DNA of 64,000 nucleotides from an uncultured Gemmatimonadaceae bacterium (GTDB lineage Bacteria; Gemmatimonadota; Gemmatimonadetes; Gemmatimonadales; Gemmatimonadaceae): assembly GCA_963740355.1 (NCBI GenBank), contig CAVUDW010000003.1:1568001-1632000 (forward strand), read 5' to 3'. Position numbers and translations under genes: made by a program. This document shows positions 19,623 to 29,757 of this stretch, in pieces; the stretch's first letter is position 1, and the number at the start of each line of letters is the position of its first letter. The notes beneath the pieces were generated by a model. That model was given only the letters and a program-made list of their open reading frames with translations, made no database searches and was not told where the DNA came from.

Positions 19623-21062
19623 TTACGGGCGGATCGGCTTCAGCTCAGTGCGGCGGTTCAGAGCCTTGCCAGCCCTGGTCGCATTCGTTGCACGCGGCTG
19701 GCTCGGGCCGTAGCCCTTCGTCTCGAGGCGGCTGGCATCGATCCCAGCGGCGACGAGAGTGCGCTTCACCACTTCTGCACGAGCCAGGGACAGGCGCTCG
19801 TTCAGCTTCGCCGAACCAGTGGCGTCGGTGTGACCACCGATTTCGACACGGACATCCGACGACGTCTTCAGCAGCTCAGCAGCGCGGAGCAGGATCTGAC
19901 GTGAGCTCGGAGCGAGGACCGACGAGTTGGTGCGGAAGAGCACACCCTCGAGGACCAGCGTCTTCGCCGTGTCGAGCACCGTGCGGACGATCGTGCAGCC
20001 ATTCGCATCGACCTTGGTGCCGGCCGGAGTGTTCGGGCAGCGGTCAGCGTCATCGTTCACGCCGTCGCCATCGGAATCCTTCGGGATCGAGCAGCCTTCT
20101 GCCGTCACCTGATCACCACGCGGGGTGTTCGGGCAGCGATCGCGGAAGTCAGGCACGCCGTCCATGTCGCTGTCGATCGGGCAACCCGTCGCGTCGACCT
20201 TCACGCCAGCTGGCGTGTTGGCGCACTTGTCCTGGTAGTCCGCGACGCCGTCCTTGTCGCTGTCCACCGGGCAACCCGTGCTGTCGACCGTCACGCCAGC
20301 CGGCGTGTTCGCGCACTTGTCGAGATAATCCGCCACGCCGTCACGATCGCTGTCGAGCGGGCAGCCGGTCGCGTCAACCCGGACACCAGCCGGCGTATTC
20401 GCGCACTTGTCCATCTTGTCGGCCACACCGTCGCCGTCAGCATCCTTCGGCTTGGTGTTGAAGAGGTAGCTGACGCCGAACTGGCCGCCGATGTTCGTGC
20501 TCCGCTTGCCGTTGAAAAGGCGATTGTCCGCCGCTTCGAACTGCGAGCCGTCGACCGTCACCGCTGCGCGGAACGCAACGTTGTCGGTCAGGCCGAGGCG
20601 GGCGCCGATCAGCGTGGCCCAGCTGTATTCATTGAACTTCTTGGCAGTCTGGGCTGAGTTGGCGCCAACAGGAATGTTGGGCTCCAACCACCGCTGCTCA
20701 TTACGTACAGCGCCAAGTCCGAGGAGGAGCTCAACCTGCTCCGCCACCGGAAGAGAAAACACACCGCGGAGATGAATCGGCGTGTACGACGAAAGCGATC
20801 GCGTCCCGACTGGGACATTCGTCACGCGGCCATTCGCCGACGAGATTTCAGCCTCGACAGCAAAGTTCCGGTGCAAATACAGGCCGAGCAGGCCGGTTGG
20901 CGAGGTAACGGACGAATAGTTCTTGATGCCGACGTCCGACACGCGGACTCCAGCATTGACTTCGACCGTTCCTGCCTGGGGCGTCTGCGCAAACAGCGGC
21001 GCTGCGCTGATCGCAAGCGCGAACAGCGAGCCCGCCGAGCGCAGGCGAACAGATAGCGTCAT
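19623..21062 (-). CDS. OmpA/OprF-like outer membrane protein with five thrombospondin type-3 repeats
   Basis: Signal peptide, beta-barrel, five DxDxDGVxD..D.C.NTP.G..VD..GC units, GHTD...N..LS..RA and NRRTE OmpA-C motifs. Confidence 0.93.
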   Translation of the reverse strand: MTLSVRLRSAGSLFALAISAAPLFAQTPQAGTVEVNAGVRVSDVGIKNYSSVTSPTGLLGLYLHRNFAVEAEISSANGRVTNVPVGTRSLSSYTPIHLRGVFSLPVAEQVELLLGLGAVRNEQRWLEPNIPVGANSAQTAKKFNEYSWATLIGARLGLTDNVAFRAAVTVDGSQFEAADNRLFNGKRSTNIGGQFGVSYLFNTKPKDADGDGVADKMDKCANTPAGVRVDATGCPLDSDRDGVADYLDKCANTPAGVTVDSTGCPVDSDKDGVADYQDKCANTPAGVKVDATGCPIDSDMDGVPDFRDRCPNTPRGDQVTAEGCSIPKDSDGDGVNDDADRCPNTPAGTKVDANGCTIVRTVLDTAKTLVLEGVLFRTNSSVLAPSSRQILLRAAELLKTSSDVRVEIGGHTDATGSAKLNERLSLARAEVVKRTLVAAGIDASRLETKGYGPSQPRATNATRAGKALNRRTELKPIRP

Positions 21063-21365
21063 GCCACCTCCGAAGGGGTGTTAAGTGCGAGGATGCTGCT
21101 GAGATTCCGGAAGTTCACCCGCTAGAGCCGAATGCGCTAGCGGTCCGGAACTTATTGGTACCGCAAGGGATGGGCCCAGAAGCGAACTCATCAGAGACGC
21201 TTCCGAGACATCGCCCGACCAACATTCGGAATAGTGCCGGATTCGGGTCCATTCTGCCAGTGATCGTAAGCAAATGATCACCAGCGAAAACGGCCGAGTT
21301 CGGCAATGAATTCCGAGTCGACACACACCACCTGCGTGAGTGTTACCTGCCGCAGTATCGGCTCG

Positions 21366-23039
21366 TCACGCGCGTTTCTCAGGCCCCGGTTCACGGCGCT
21401 GCCGCCACATCGACGGCCGACGCGTTCCACGTGCCCAACCCACGACGCTCACGGCCAGCGACACTGCGCCAACCAGCACCCAGAGCGTCATCGACGCCCG
21501 GGGACCACCCGGCGTCACCGCCGCACCGAGGAAGAGCGACGCCAACACCCACCCGGCGATCAGGCACAGGTGCCCGACGATCTTCTGCTGCACCACCACG
21601 TGCACCGCCAATGACACCAACAACCACCCCCAGAACGGCACCAGCACACCACGGAACACCGCGTCCACGAATCCTGCCGCCGACAACGACTCAAACGACT
21701 CACCGGAGGAAAGCAGCGCCGTGATCGCCGCCGTCGTCGTCAGCAGTGCCACGACCATCGCCTGTGCCATCAGCACACCGAGGACGCTCCCCAGGACCCG
21801 CGCGCGATCACTGATCGGCAATGCATCGAACAAGGGAGCGGAACGGTCATCCCGTTCCCGCCACACCAACTCGCCAGCGTAGATCGTCGCGAGCAGGATC
21901 AGGAAAAGCTGCGAGTGCAAAACGAGCCCACCGATGGTGCGCTGCAGCAGTTCGGCCGACGATCGGGCCCCCGCCGCATCCAATGCAGCATGGACGCCGA
22001 CATTCACAGCGCCCAGCGCCGCCAGCACGCGCCATCCCGTATCGCGCAGCATCCATCGCGCCACATACCAGCCACTCGCACCCACTCCACGCCATGCGCC
22101 GCTGGCAATTGCATTGGCATTGGCATTGGCGCGCGCGATGCTCCCGGCCGCGCCCATACGCGCCGCACTCGTTCCCGCATCACGTGCGAGCGGCCCGACG
22201 ACAGCAACACCGTCACTCGGACCTGTCGCACGCAGGCTGCGCCGTCTTCCACCGCGAAGCACGGCGCCGAGCGCCGACACACCACCCAGTGCCAGCCAGA
22301 GTGCACGATTCCAGAGCAGCGCACCTGTCACCGGCATCGGCCGCACGACTCGCTCTGCGTCGGTCCACTCCTGCGTCGCCGCCAATAACGGCGCGCTGCC
22401 AAACGGATCGACCAGCAAGAACGTCGCGCCAGCTGCCTTCGCCGCCACCGCGTCGACCGCCGCACTCCAAAGCCAGATCAGCAGAAGCCCCTGACCGACG
22501 ATCACCCACAGCCGTCCACTCGAGACACCCACCGCGAACTGCAGCGCACCAATCGCCAGCATCGTCGGCATCGCCAGCAGCACGAACGGCGGCACGACCG
22601 CTCGCACTGCTGAGACGAACTCTCCGCCACCGACCACCGCGCCAAGCACCAATCCCAGTGGCACCGCGCTGTAGATGAGGCCCAACATCACCAGCGCCGC
22701 GATCAACTTCCCCGCCAGATATTCGCGTGACGTGAGTTGCGTGGCGGCGATCAGGTCGGCCACACGATCTGCGCGATCACGCAAGACCACCGTCGCGGCG
22801 ACCATCGTCGTGATCACCTGTCCGAACGCGGTCAAGGCGGTGCTGGCGAGCATGATCGACCACGCAGCGTCGCGAGGCACCGCACCGCGATCCCGAACCA
22901 GTTCCACCGGCCCGGCCGCAGCAAACGCGGCACCGAGTGCGATGAAGACGAGCATGTAGAGCAACGTCAGGGGCTCGCGCCGTTGTATACGCAACTCGAG
23001 ACGTAGCACCGCCGCCACGCGCTGCAAACGATCGCTCAC
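21366..23039 (-). CDS. ABC-2 type transporter permease (duplicated)
   Basis: Many TMs; DPFG, LLWNRALWL and YAGELVWRERD motifs; downstream of an ABC ATPase. Confidence 0.8.
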   Translation of the reverse strand: MSDRLQRVAAVLRLELRIQRREPLTLLYMLVFIALGAAFAAAGPVELVRDRGAVPRDAAWSIMLASTALTAFGQVITTMVAATVVLRDRADRVADLIAATQLTSREYLAGKLIAALVMLGLIYSAVPLGLVLGAVVGGGEFVSAVRAVVPPFVLLAMPTMLAIGALQFAVGVSSGRLWVIVGQGLLLIWLWSAAVDAVAAKAAGATFLLVDPFGSAPLLAATQEWTDAERVVRPMPVTGALLWNRALWLALGGVSALGAVLRGGRRRSLRATGPSDGVAVVGPLARDAGTSAARMGAAGSIARANANANAIASGAWRGVGASGWYVARWMLRDTGWRVLAALGAVNVGVHAALDAAGARSSAELLQRTIGGLVLHSQLFLILLATIYAGELVWRERDDRSAPLFDALPISDRARVLGSVLGVLMAQAMVVALLTTTAAITALLSSGESFESLSAAGFVDAVFRGVLVPFWGWLLVSLAVHVVVQQKIVGHLCLIAGWVLASLFLGAAVTPGGPRASMTLWVLVGAVSLAVSVVGWARGTRRPSMWRQRREPGPEKRA

Positions 23040-23069
23040 GGCGCGCTCATTCGTCGCCCCACGCCATCC

Positions 23070-23936
23070 TCACTCTGCCGTCGCCTCAGCGAATACATCG
23101 TCCAGCGTCGGTTCGGCCAGCGCGAATCGCGCGTCGGGTGCGGCGTCGGCGATCACCGTCATCTCGATCGCACCATGCACCAGGAACTCTCGTACGACAC
23201 GCGAATGCTGCCGCACCAGCGCCCCTTCGGCCCGCGTCAGGTGCGCCCGGTACACACGCCCGCGAAGCGCGTCGATCAACACGGAGGGTGCGCCGGATCG
23301 GACGACACGACCACGCTGCAGGATCACCGCTGAATCACAGAGGGCTTCCACGTCGGCGACGAGGTGCGTCGACAGCAGCACCGCCCGCTCTTCGGCCAAC
23401 TCCACCAGCAAGTCGAACACCCGGTACCGCTCCGACGGATCGAGCGCCACGGTCGGCTCGTCGACGATCAGGACATCCGGCCCGCCAACGAGCGCCAGCG
23501 CAATGCCGAGCCGTTGCCGCATGCCACCCGACAACGCGCGCACGGCACGATGCCGCTCGGTCCAGAGATTGACGCGCCGCAGCATCACGTCGACCGCGTC
23601 GCGGCGCTCCGACTTGCCGGAAAACCCCTTCAGTACCGCAAAGTGATCGAGCAACTCGGCTGGCGTGAGTGCCTGGGGAAACCCGAAGTCCTGCGGCAGG
23701 TACCCAAGCCGCGCGCGTGCCGCATCCGGGTCCGCCAGCGCATCGATACCCGCCAGCGTGACCGTACCGCTGTCGGGTCGCTGCAACGTGGCGAGCACAC
23801 GCAGCAACGTCGATTTGCCGGCCCCATTCGCACCCAGCAGGCCAGTCACTTCCCCGCGCGAAACCTCGATCGAGACGTCGTCGAGCGCGCGCACCCCGCC
23901 TCGATACACGACGGAAATGTGACGCCCGACAATCAT
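23070..23936 (-). CDS. ABC transporter ATP-binding protein
   Basis: GANGAGKS, LSGGMRQR, LIVDEPT, STH. Confidence 0.96.
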   Translation of the reverse strand: MIVGRHISVVYRGGVRALDDVSIEVSRGEVTGLLGANGAGKSTLLRVLATLQRPDSGTVTLAGIDALADPDAARARLGYLPQDFGFPQALTPAELLDHFAVLKGFSGKSERRDAVDVMLRRVNLWTERHRAVRALSGGMRQRLGIALALVGGPDVLIVDEPTVALDPSERYRVFDLLVELAEERAVLLSTHLVADVEALCDSAVILQRGRVVRSGAPSVLIDALRGRVYRAHLTRAEGALVRQHSRVVREFLVHGAIEMTVIADAAPDARFALAEPTLDDVFAEATAE

Positions 23937-23970
23937 CGCCCGCGACCGTTCCGCGCCGTTCCCGTCGCCT

Positions 23971-24348
23971 TCAGTCCCCGTCGCTCTCGCGATTCGTGCC
24001 CAGCACGAAATGCAACACGCCCGCCGTCACACTCACCACCAGTGAGCCGATCAACGCTGGTACGAACCCGTCCACGTGGAATCCAAAGCCCATCCGCGAC
24101 GACAGGTACGACGTCAGAAGCAGCATCAAGGCGTTGATCACGAGCAGGAACAGTCCGAGCGTCAGCAACACGACCGGGAACGAGAAGAACTGGAGGATCG
24201 GCTTCACGATCACGTTCACCACGCCGAACACGAACGCCACGCCGAGCAACGCAGCGTAGTTGTCACCAGTGAAGGAGATCCCGGTGACGAACTTCGTCGC
24301 CACCCAGAGTGACGCGGCGGTGACGAGCAGGCGCAGCAGGAGCTTCAC
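23971..24348 (-). CDS. YvlD/DUF360 (mycobacterial 4-TMS 'phage holin' family) membrane protein
   Basis: GVVNVIVKPIL..FSFP..LLTLGLFLLVINA signature. Confidence 0.88.
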   Translation of the reverse strand: MKLLLRLLVTAASLWVATKFVTGISFTGDNYAALLGVAFVFGVVNVIVKPILQFFSFPVVLLTLGLFLLVINALMLLLTSYLSSRMGFGFHVDGFVPALIGSLVVSVTAGVLHFVLGTNRESDGD

Positions 24349-24382
24349 GGTGAGACCCTCGAAAAGGAGATGTTCGACACGT

Positions 24383-25474
24383 TCAGGGAGTCGCGAGCGT
24401 GCCAAGGAAGTCGCGGAGCAGGTCGCCCCAGATCGCGGGCTGCGAATGTGTGCCGTGCCCACGCGTCTGGTCCGTGATCGGCAGCAACACGAACTTGGCG
24501 TGCGGCATTCGCGCATCCAGTTGCTCGGCAAAACGCAATTCCGGCGGATTGACCTCGTCATCCTCGGAATTGATGTGCAGCACCGGCACCCGGATCTCGC
24601 TCAGGTGCGTCGATGGATCGTAGTCGCTGCTGGCGTCGAACTGGTAGAGGAAGTCGTTCGCATCGGTGGTCGTGATGCGCGAATCGATGAACGCCCGGAT
24701 CACGGAATCAGCTGCGTCGCGCGTGGGGGCCTGCTTTTGCTGCACCAGCGGTGCGGTGCCCATCATCCAGAGAATTTCAAGGGCGCCACGCAGGCCCGCA
24801 CGCGGCGGTGCGGTGTAGTCCCCGCCGCGCCATTCCGGATCCTGGCGAATGGCATCCATCGCCAGCGTCCGCATCATGCGATTGCGTCCCGCGATCTGCG
24901 TCGGCACACACGCCATCGGCGCCAGCGCATCCGCAAAACCGGCGTACATCCAGCCCCACGTGAAAGCGTGCATGCAGCCCATCGACGTACCAATGATCAG
25001 GCGCAGGTGCGCAACGCCGAGCGCTTCGGTCAACAAGCGCTGCTGCGCCTTCACCATGTCGCGATAGCCATAGTGCGGAAAACGAGCGCGCAGCCCATCG
25101 CTTGGCTTGGACGATCCGCCATGCCCGATGCCATCCGGAAGGACGATGAAATATTTCGTCGAGTCGAGCGGCTGGCCGGGGCCGAACAATCGTCCGGCGT
25201 ACGTCGGGTTGAGGAAGCTGCGACCGGTGCCGCCGGTCCCATGCAGCACCAGCACCGCGTTCCGTACCACACCATCGGCGCCGCGGCGCGGTGCACCCAG
25301 CGTCGTGTAGTGCACGCGAAGGGTGTCCAGCCGTCCGCCGGCGCTGAACTCGAAATTGCGCAGGTTCGCGGTGCCCTGGGTACCGACGGCAGACCACGGA
25401 TTTCCCGACTGCGCCTGCATCGGCATGACGAAGGCGGCGCAGAGCGCGGCGACACAAGACAGGGATCGGATCAC
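24383..25474 (-). CDS. Secreted alpha/beta hydrolase, homoserine acetyltransferase (MetX)-like
   Basis: Signal peptide, HYTTLG, NAVLVLHG, IGTSMG nucleophile, DD.VN, GHGTH. Confidence 0.85.
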   Translation of the reverse strand: MIRSLSCVAALCAAFVMPMQAQSGNPWSAVGTQGTANLRNFEFSAGGRLDTLRVHYTTLGAPRRGADGVVRNAVLVLHGTGGTGRSFLNPTYAGRLFGPGQPLDSTKYFIVLPDGIGHGGSSKPSDGLRARFPHYGYRDMVKAQQRLLTEALGVAHLRLIIGTSMGCMHAFTWGWMYAGFADALAPMACVPTQIAGRNRMMRTLAMDAIRQDPEWRGGDYTAPPRAGLRGALEILWMMGTAPLVQQKQAPTRDAADSVIRAFIDSRITTTDANDFLYQFDASSDYDPSTHLSEIRVPVLHINSEDDEVNPPELRFAEQLDARMPHAKFVLLPITDQTRGHGTHSQPAIWGDLLRDFLGTLATP

Positions 25475-25519
25475 GGCGAGATCGGAGCAGGAGACGGTAA
25501 TGTCGGCCTGCGGGTCCGT

Positions 25520-27844
25520 TCAGGGCGTGGCGATCGCTGCGCGCGCCTCCCGAACCGCGGCATGCCGGTCGAGCACCTGACGCACCATCTCCAGCAGCTC
25601 CTGCGGTGTGAACGGCTTCTGCAGGAACATGCTCGCGGACGGGTCGTCGCTGGGCAGCGGAAAACTGCCTGCGGTGTAGCCGGAAACGAAGAGCACGGCA
25701 GCAGATGGCAGGAACTGGCGGGCCAGCTCGACCATCTCCTTGCCGCCCATCTCGGGCATCACCACATCGCTGACGATGAGGTCAATCGCGTCGCGCTCAC
25801 GCCGGGCGACCTGCACCCCGTCACGACCGTTGGTGGCTTCCAGCACCCGATACCCTGCCGAGCGCAGCGCACGAGCGGCGACGGCGCGCACCTGCGGCTC
25901 GTCTTCGACCAGCAACACCGTCTCGGTGCCCGATGTGACAGCCACCGGTGTGTCACTCCGCGGACGCTCCGCGCGGGCCGGCAACGGTCCCTCATAACGC
26001 GGCAGCAGGATGAAGACGGTCGTGCCACGCCCCGGTGACGATTCGATCCAGATCACCCCGTGGTGCTGGCGAATGATGCCGTAACACATCGCAAGGCCAA
26101 GTCCGGTGCCCTGGCCAACAGGCTTGGTGGTATAGAACGGCTCGAACACATGGGCCAGCGTCTCCTCGTCCATGCCCGAGCCGGTGTCGCTGACCACGAT
26201 CTCGACATAGTCGCCGGCAGGCATCGGACGCGGCAGCACGATGGCACCGTCGGCCAGCGTGCGATTCGCCGTGCGAATGGTGAGCCGCCCGCCATTCGGC
26301 ATCGCGTCGCGCGCATTCACCACCACGTTCACCAGCACCTGCTCCAGCTGCGGCCCATCGGCTCGCACATGCCAGAGTGATTCACCGAGCGTGACACGAA
26401 GCGCTACTTCGGGACCAACGAGTCGCGACAGCATGCGCTCCATGGTCGCCACGCGATCATTGAGTTCGATCGGCTGCTGCGACACCGGCTGCCGCCGCGC
26501 GAAGGCGAGCAACTGCTTGGTCAGCTGCGTGGCGCGTTCACCGGCCAACTGCACATCTGCGAGGTCCGCCTGCACCTCGTGGTCGGGAGGCAGGATTTCC
26601 CGCGCGACCGAGGCGCTGCTGAGAATGGCAGTCAGCAGGTTGTTGAAGTCGTGCGCGATGCCGCCGGCGAGACGCCCCACGGTGTCGAGCCGCTGTGCCT
26701 GCTGCAACTGCTGCTCGAGCTTGCGTCGTTCGGTCACGTCGCGCGCCACGATCACGCCGCCCACGATGTCGTGTGCGTCGCGACGTGGCCGTGCGCTGAC
26801 GTCGAAGAATTCCGGCGGGACATCCCCGTTCTCGAACGTCGCCTCGAACACCTGGTCGTTGCCGTTCAACAGCGCTGCGATGCGACCCGACCACTCCGCG
26901 GCGGCACTGGCGGGCAAGACATCGAGGACTGACACACCCTCGACCGGCGGCTGACCACCGTGGCGTCGAGTGAATGCGTCGAACGCCGGATTCCAGGCCA
27001 CCAGTCGTGCGTCCGTCCCAAACACCGCCACCAGGTCAGGCACTGCGGCGAGCGCCGAGATGAGGCTTGCGCCCGTGGCGCGCGCGCGGCGCTCGGCTTC
27101 GACCTGCCCCTCTGCCGCGCGCCGAATCTCCGTCTGTTCGTCCTCGACCAGCGCGATCGCGGTGCCGATGCCGAGCGCGGCGGTGAGAAGGATGTCGAGC
27201 AACGGCAGAGCCTGCAGGATGCCAGAGGCATAGACACTGTTTCGGCCTAGCTGCGAGGTCGCGACGAACGCCACGACGATGCGGTGCGCACCGAGCAGCA
27301 GCAGGATCCACCACATCCACCGCGCGCCGAGTGCGGACCCGCCCACCCGTGCGCGACGGATGAAGTAGGCGGCGGCCACCGTCAGTGTGCCGACTGCGGC
27401 GGACAGCACACCAACGCGCACCAGCAGGCGCGTTGACACCGAGTCAGGGCTGCCATCCTGTGGCACGCCGAGCGTGGCCGCGAGTGCGACGAGTCCCGCG
27501 CCGACCAGGGCAATCATCCACGCGGACGTCGCGTCACGCTGCGCGCGGTACAATGCCCACGCACCCATCACCAGCAAGGCGCCGTGGACATAACCCGCGG
27601 TCTGCGATACCCAGACCGCGATGTTCGGCCCGAACCCAACCGACATCGCGTTCGGCTCGCGCAGCATCAACGCCAGGATACCCATCGAGACGTGCAGCGC
27701 CTCGGCGACCCACGCCCCGGCCCACAAACGCAGGAAGTAGCGAGGATAGTAGCGTCCGAGCACATACAGCGCGCACGAGAGCAGCAGCGCAGTGGCAGCT
27801 TGCGTCGCGGCGGCAGAGTAGAGCACGAAATAGGACGGACGCAT
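25520..27844 (-). CDS. Hybrid sensor histidine kinase (multi-TM, PAS, HisKA, HATPase, receiver)
   Basis: IAHDFNN, NARDAM, PFYTTK...GTGLGL, LVEDE...SDVVMP. Confidence 0.93.
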   Translation of the reverse strand: MRPSYFVLYSAAATQAATALLLSCALYVLGRYYPRYFLRLWAGAWVAEALHVSMGILALMLREPNAMSVGFGPNIAVWVSQTAGYVHGALLVMGAWALYRAQRDATSAWMIALVGAGLVALAATLGVPQDGSPDSVSTRLLVRVGVLSAAVGTLTVAAAYFIRRARVGGSALGARWMWWILLLLGAHRIVVAFVATSQLGRNSVYASGILQALPLLDILLTAALGIGTAIALVEDEQTEIRRAAEGQVEAERRARATGASLISALAAVPDLVAVFGTDARLVAWNPAFDAFTRRHGGQPPVEGVSVLDVLPASAAAEWSGRIAALLNGNDQVFEATFENGDVPPEFFDVSARPRRDAHDIVGGVIVARDVTERRKLEQQLQQAQRLDTVGRLAGGIAHDFNNLLTAILSSASVAREILPPDHEVQADLADVQLAGERATQLTKQLLAFARRQPVSQQPIELNDRVATMERMLSRLVGPEVALRVTLGESLWHVRADGPQLEQVLVNVVVNARDAMPNGGRLTIRTANRTLADGAIVLPRPMPAGDYVEIVVSDTGSGMDEETLAHVFEPFYTTKPVGQGTGLGLAMCYGIIRQHHGVIWIESSPGRGTTVFILLPRYEGPLPARAERPRSDTPVAVTSGTETVLLVEDEPQVRAVAARALRSAGYRVLEATNGRDGVQVARRERDAIDLIVSDVVMPEMGGKEMVELARQFLPSAAVLFVSGYTAGSFPLPSDDPSASMFLQKPFTPQELLEMVRQVLDRHAAVREARAAIATP

Positions 27845-28059
27845 GACGATGAGCCGGAGTGAGCCAGTTCAACCACGACAACAGGGCGCCGCCGAGCGTG
27901 ACTTCTCACAAAAGGTAATTGAGTCGCAGACTGCAACTCTTAGTGCGGTCTCATCCACAAGGTGCGTCACACTCGCCTCAGCGACTGAGCTCGCCGGCTG
28001 ACATTCCAGCGCTGCGCCGCACGGCTGGACGCGCTGCGAGTCAGGCGCAATGTTGCCAC

Positions 28060-28377
28060 ATGATCATTTACGAAGTAACCACGGACGTCGCGGCTGACGG
28101 CATCGCGGCATATGAGGCGTACATGCGCGACACGCACATTCCCGCCGTGCTCTCGTCGGGCTGCTTCGTCACGGCGTCGATCGCCATGTCGTTCCGGGGA
28201 CGCTACCGGGTGCGATACGTGGCGCGGAACATGGATGTGCTCGATCGGTATCTTGCATCGTACGCTCCGCAATTCAGGGCGGACTTCGCCTCGCATCTTG
28301 GCAGCCGCGTCGAGGTGTCGCGCGAAGTCTGGACCGAGTTGCAGCACTGGGACGCGAAATCGACTGGGGCGGCCTGA
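28060..28377 (+). CDS. DUF4286 family protein
   Basis: MIIYEVT...YM...HIP.VL.SGCF...Y.V.Y...L..YL...AP..R pattern. Confidence 0.8.
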   Translation: MIIYEVTTDVAADGIAAYEAYMRDTHIPAVLSSGCFVTASIAMSFRGRYRVRYVARNMDVLDRYLASYAPQFRADFASHLGSRVEVSREVWTELQHWDAKSTGAA

Positions 28378-28464
28378 CGCCCTGACCGGCGTTCAGCGAC
28401 ATTTCACGAGCCGGCCGTCGCCGGTCGCCGGTCTCCGCCCGCCATCTGCCTTCATTCGCCAACC

Positions 28465-28908
28465 ATGCGATTTCTGCCCCTGACCGTGTGCGCACTCGCA
28501 CTGAGCACCGCCGCCTCGACCCTGTACGCGCAGGCGCCTGCCACCGCACCCGCGCCGGCTCCCGTGATCGGGATTCTCCTGCCGACCAATGGCGCGACCG
28601 TGACCAGTCCCGTCACCGTGCGATTCCGCCTCGCGAACTACGGCGTGGCGCCCGCTGGCACCCAGATGGAGCGCACCGGACATTTTCATCTGCTGATCGA
28701 TGACGAGGCCGGCGCGCCCGGCACGGTGATTCCGGCCGACAGCATGCACATCCATTACGGCAAGGGGCAGATCGAGGTCTCGGTGCCGGTTCCACTCGGC
28801 CGCCACACGCTGCGCGCGGTGCTGGGTGATTACGCGCACAAGGTGATCGGCCCCGAACTCGTCTCGGCGCCGGTCAGCATCCGGGTCGTGCCAGGCAAGT
28901 CGCGCTAA
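28465..28908 (+). CDS. DUF4399 domain secreted protein
   Basis: Signal peptide, GVAPAG, TGHFHLLID, HIHYGKGQ, G.HTL. Confidence 0.85.
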   Translation: MRFLPLTVCALALSTAASTLYAQAPATAPAPAPVIGILLPTNGATVTSPVTVRFRLANYGVAPAGTQMERTGHFHLLIDDEAGAPGTVIPADSMHIHYGKGQIEVSVPVPLGRHTLRAVLGDYAHKVIGPELVSAPVSIRVVPGKSR

Positions 28909-28938
28909 CGGCAGCCCGCAAGCCGCTGGATGTCGGGC

Positions 28939-29727
28939 TCACGCCGATGCGTGACGACTCGGCATCCAGATCCGGCCTTCGATCGCTTCGAGTGCGTCGG
29001 ATCGCGCCCACGCTTCAGAGTCGAGAGGCGTAGCCGACATCACGATCGCTGAAATGCCAGCATCGAAGGCATCCTCCGAACGCGTCATCAGCGCGCGAAA
29101 TTCTTCCGGCACGTCCGGATGGTGGCGAGCCAGGTGCTCAGCCCGCGCGCCGCTGCTGCTCTTGACCACCGCGCCCGTGAAGAACCGGGGATAGATCTCC
29201 ACCACGGTGTGCGTGTTCGCCGCATCGAATGGCCAGATCGCCCAGCCAGCGTGCCGCAACCTGCGAAGCATCGGCATGCCGCGGATCGATCCGGTGCCGA
29301 CTGAGCCCGCACCGCCGACCTGAAAGACCGACTTCGGCCGAATCGAGGCTGGCCCGTTGCGTTCCGTCGCACGCAGGCCGTCGATCGCCGGATGGCTACG
29401 TCCCTTGCCGGGACGCCCCCAGAAAGGCGGTGCGCAGTCCGTGAGCCAGCGCTCGCCGTCGGCTTCCGCCGCCGCCCAGATCGCGTCGGCGTCTCGCCAT
29501 CCGCGCTGCTCGGCGAACCAGGCCGGCAGGCTGAAGGCGAAGTCGAGGCCGACGACGCAGGGCAGCGGGCTACGTCGGCGCTCCAGCAACACCTCGCGCA
29601 CCGCTGCTCGGCTGCCCGGGGCGTCGAGCGCAGTCAACACGCCGTCTGTCGCGCGTGCGATCCAGATGCGCGCCGCTTCGCCGGTCACGGCACCCGACCA
29701 GTCGACCGCCACGAATTCCACTGCCAC
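28939..29727 (-). CDS. DUF429-like predicted RNase H-fold protein
   Basis: AVDWSG, VGLDFAFS.P, R.TE, VEIYP, DAFDA acidic motifs. Confidence 0.6.
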   Translation of the reverse strand: MAVEFVAVDWSGAVTGEAARIWIARATDGVLTALDAPGSRAAVREVLLERRRSPLPCVVGLDFAFSLPAWFAEQRGWRDADAIWAAAEADGERWLTDCAPPFWGRPGKGRSHPAIDGLRATERNGPASIRPKSVFQVGGAGSVGTGSIRGMPMLRRLRHAGWAIWPFDAANTHTVVEIYPRFFTGAVVKSSSGARAEHLARHHPDVPEEFRALMTRSEDAFDAGISAIVMSATPLDSEAWARSDALEAIEGRIWMPSRHASA

Positions 29728-29757
29728 CTGCGTGCCGCTTCGAGCGCGTTCTCGCGA

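Noticed and set aside
21063..21365. ncRNA upstream of the OmpA gene
   Set aside because: Lower-GC intergenic region with only short weak stems; explained as a promoter or 5' UTR.
23971..24348. Prophage inferred from the 'phage holin' family gene
   Set aside because: This 4-TM family is common in chromosomal contexts, and there are no endolysin, structural or integrase genes nearby.
24260..26038. Long alternative ORFs (e.g. 24260-26038 +, 29953-31344 +, 12836-14116 +, 19367-20461 +, 8070-8723 -)
   Set aside because: Antisense shadows of well-supported genes in GC-rich DNA, with no motifs.
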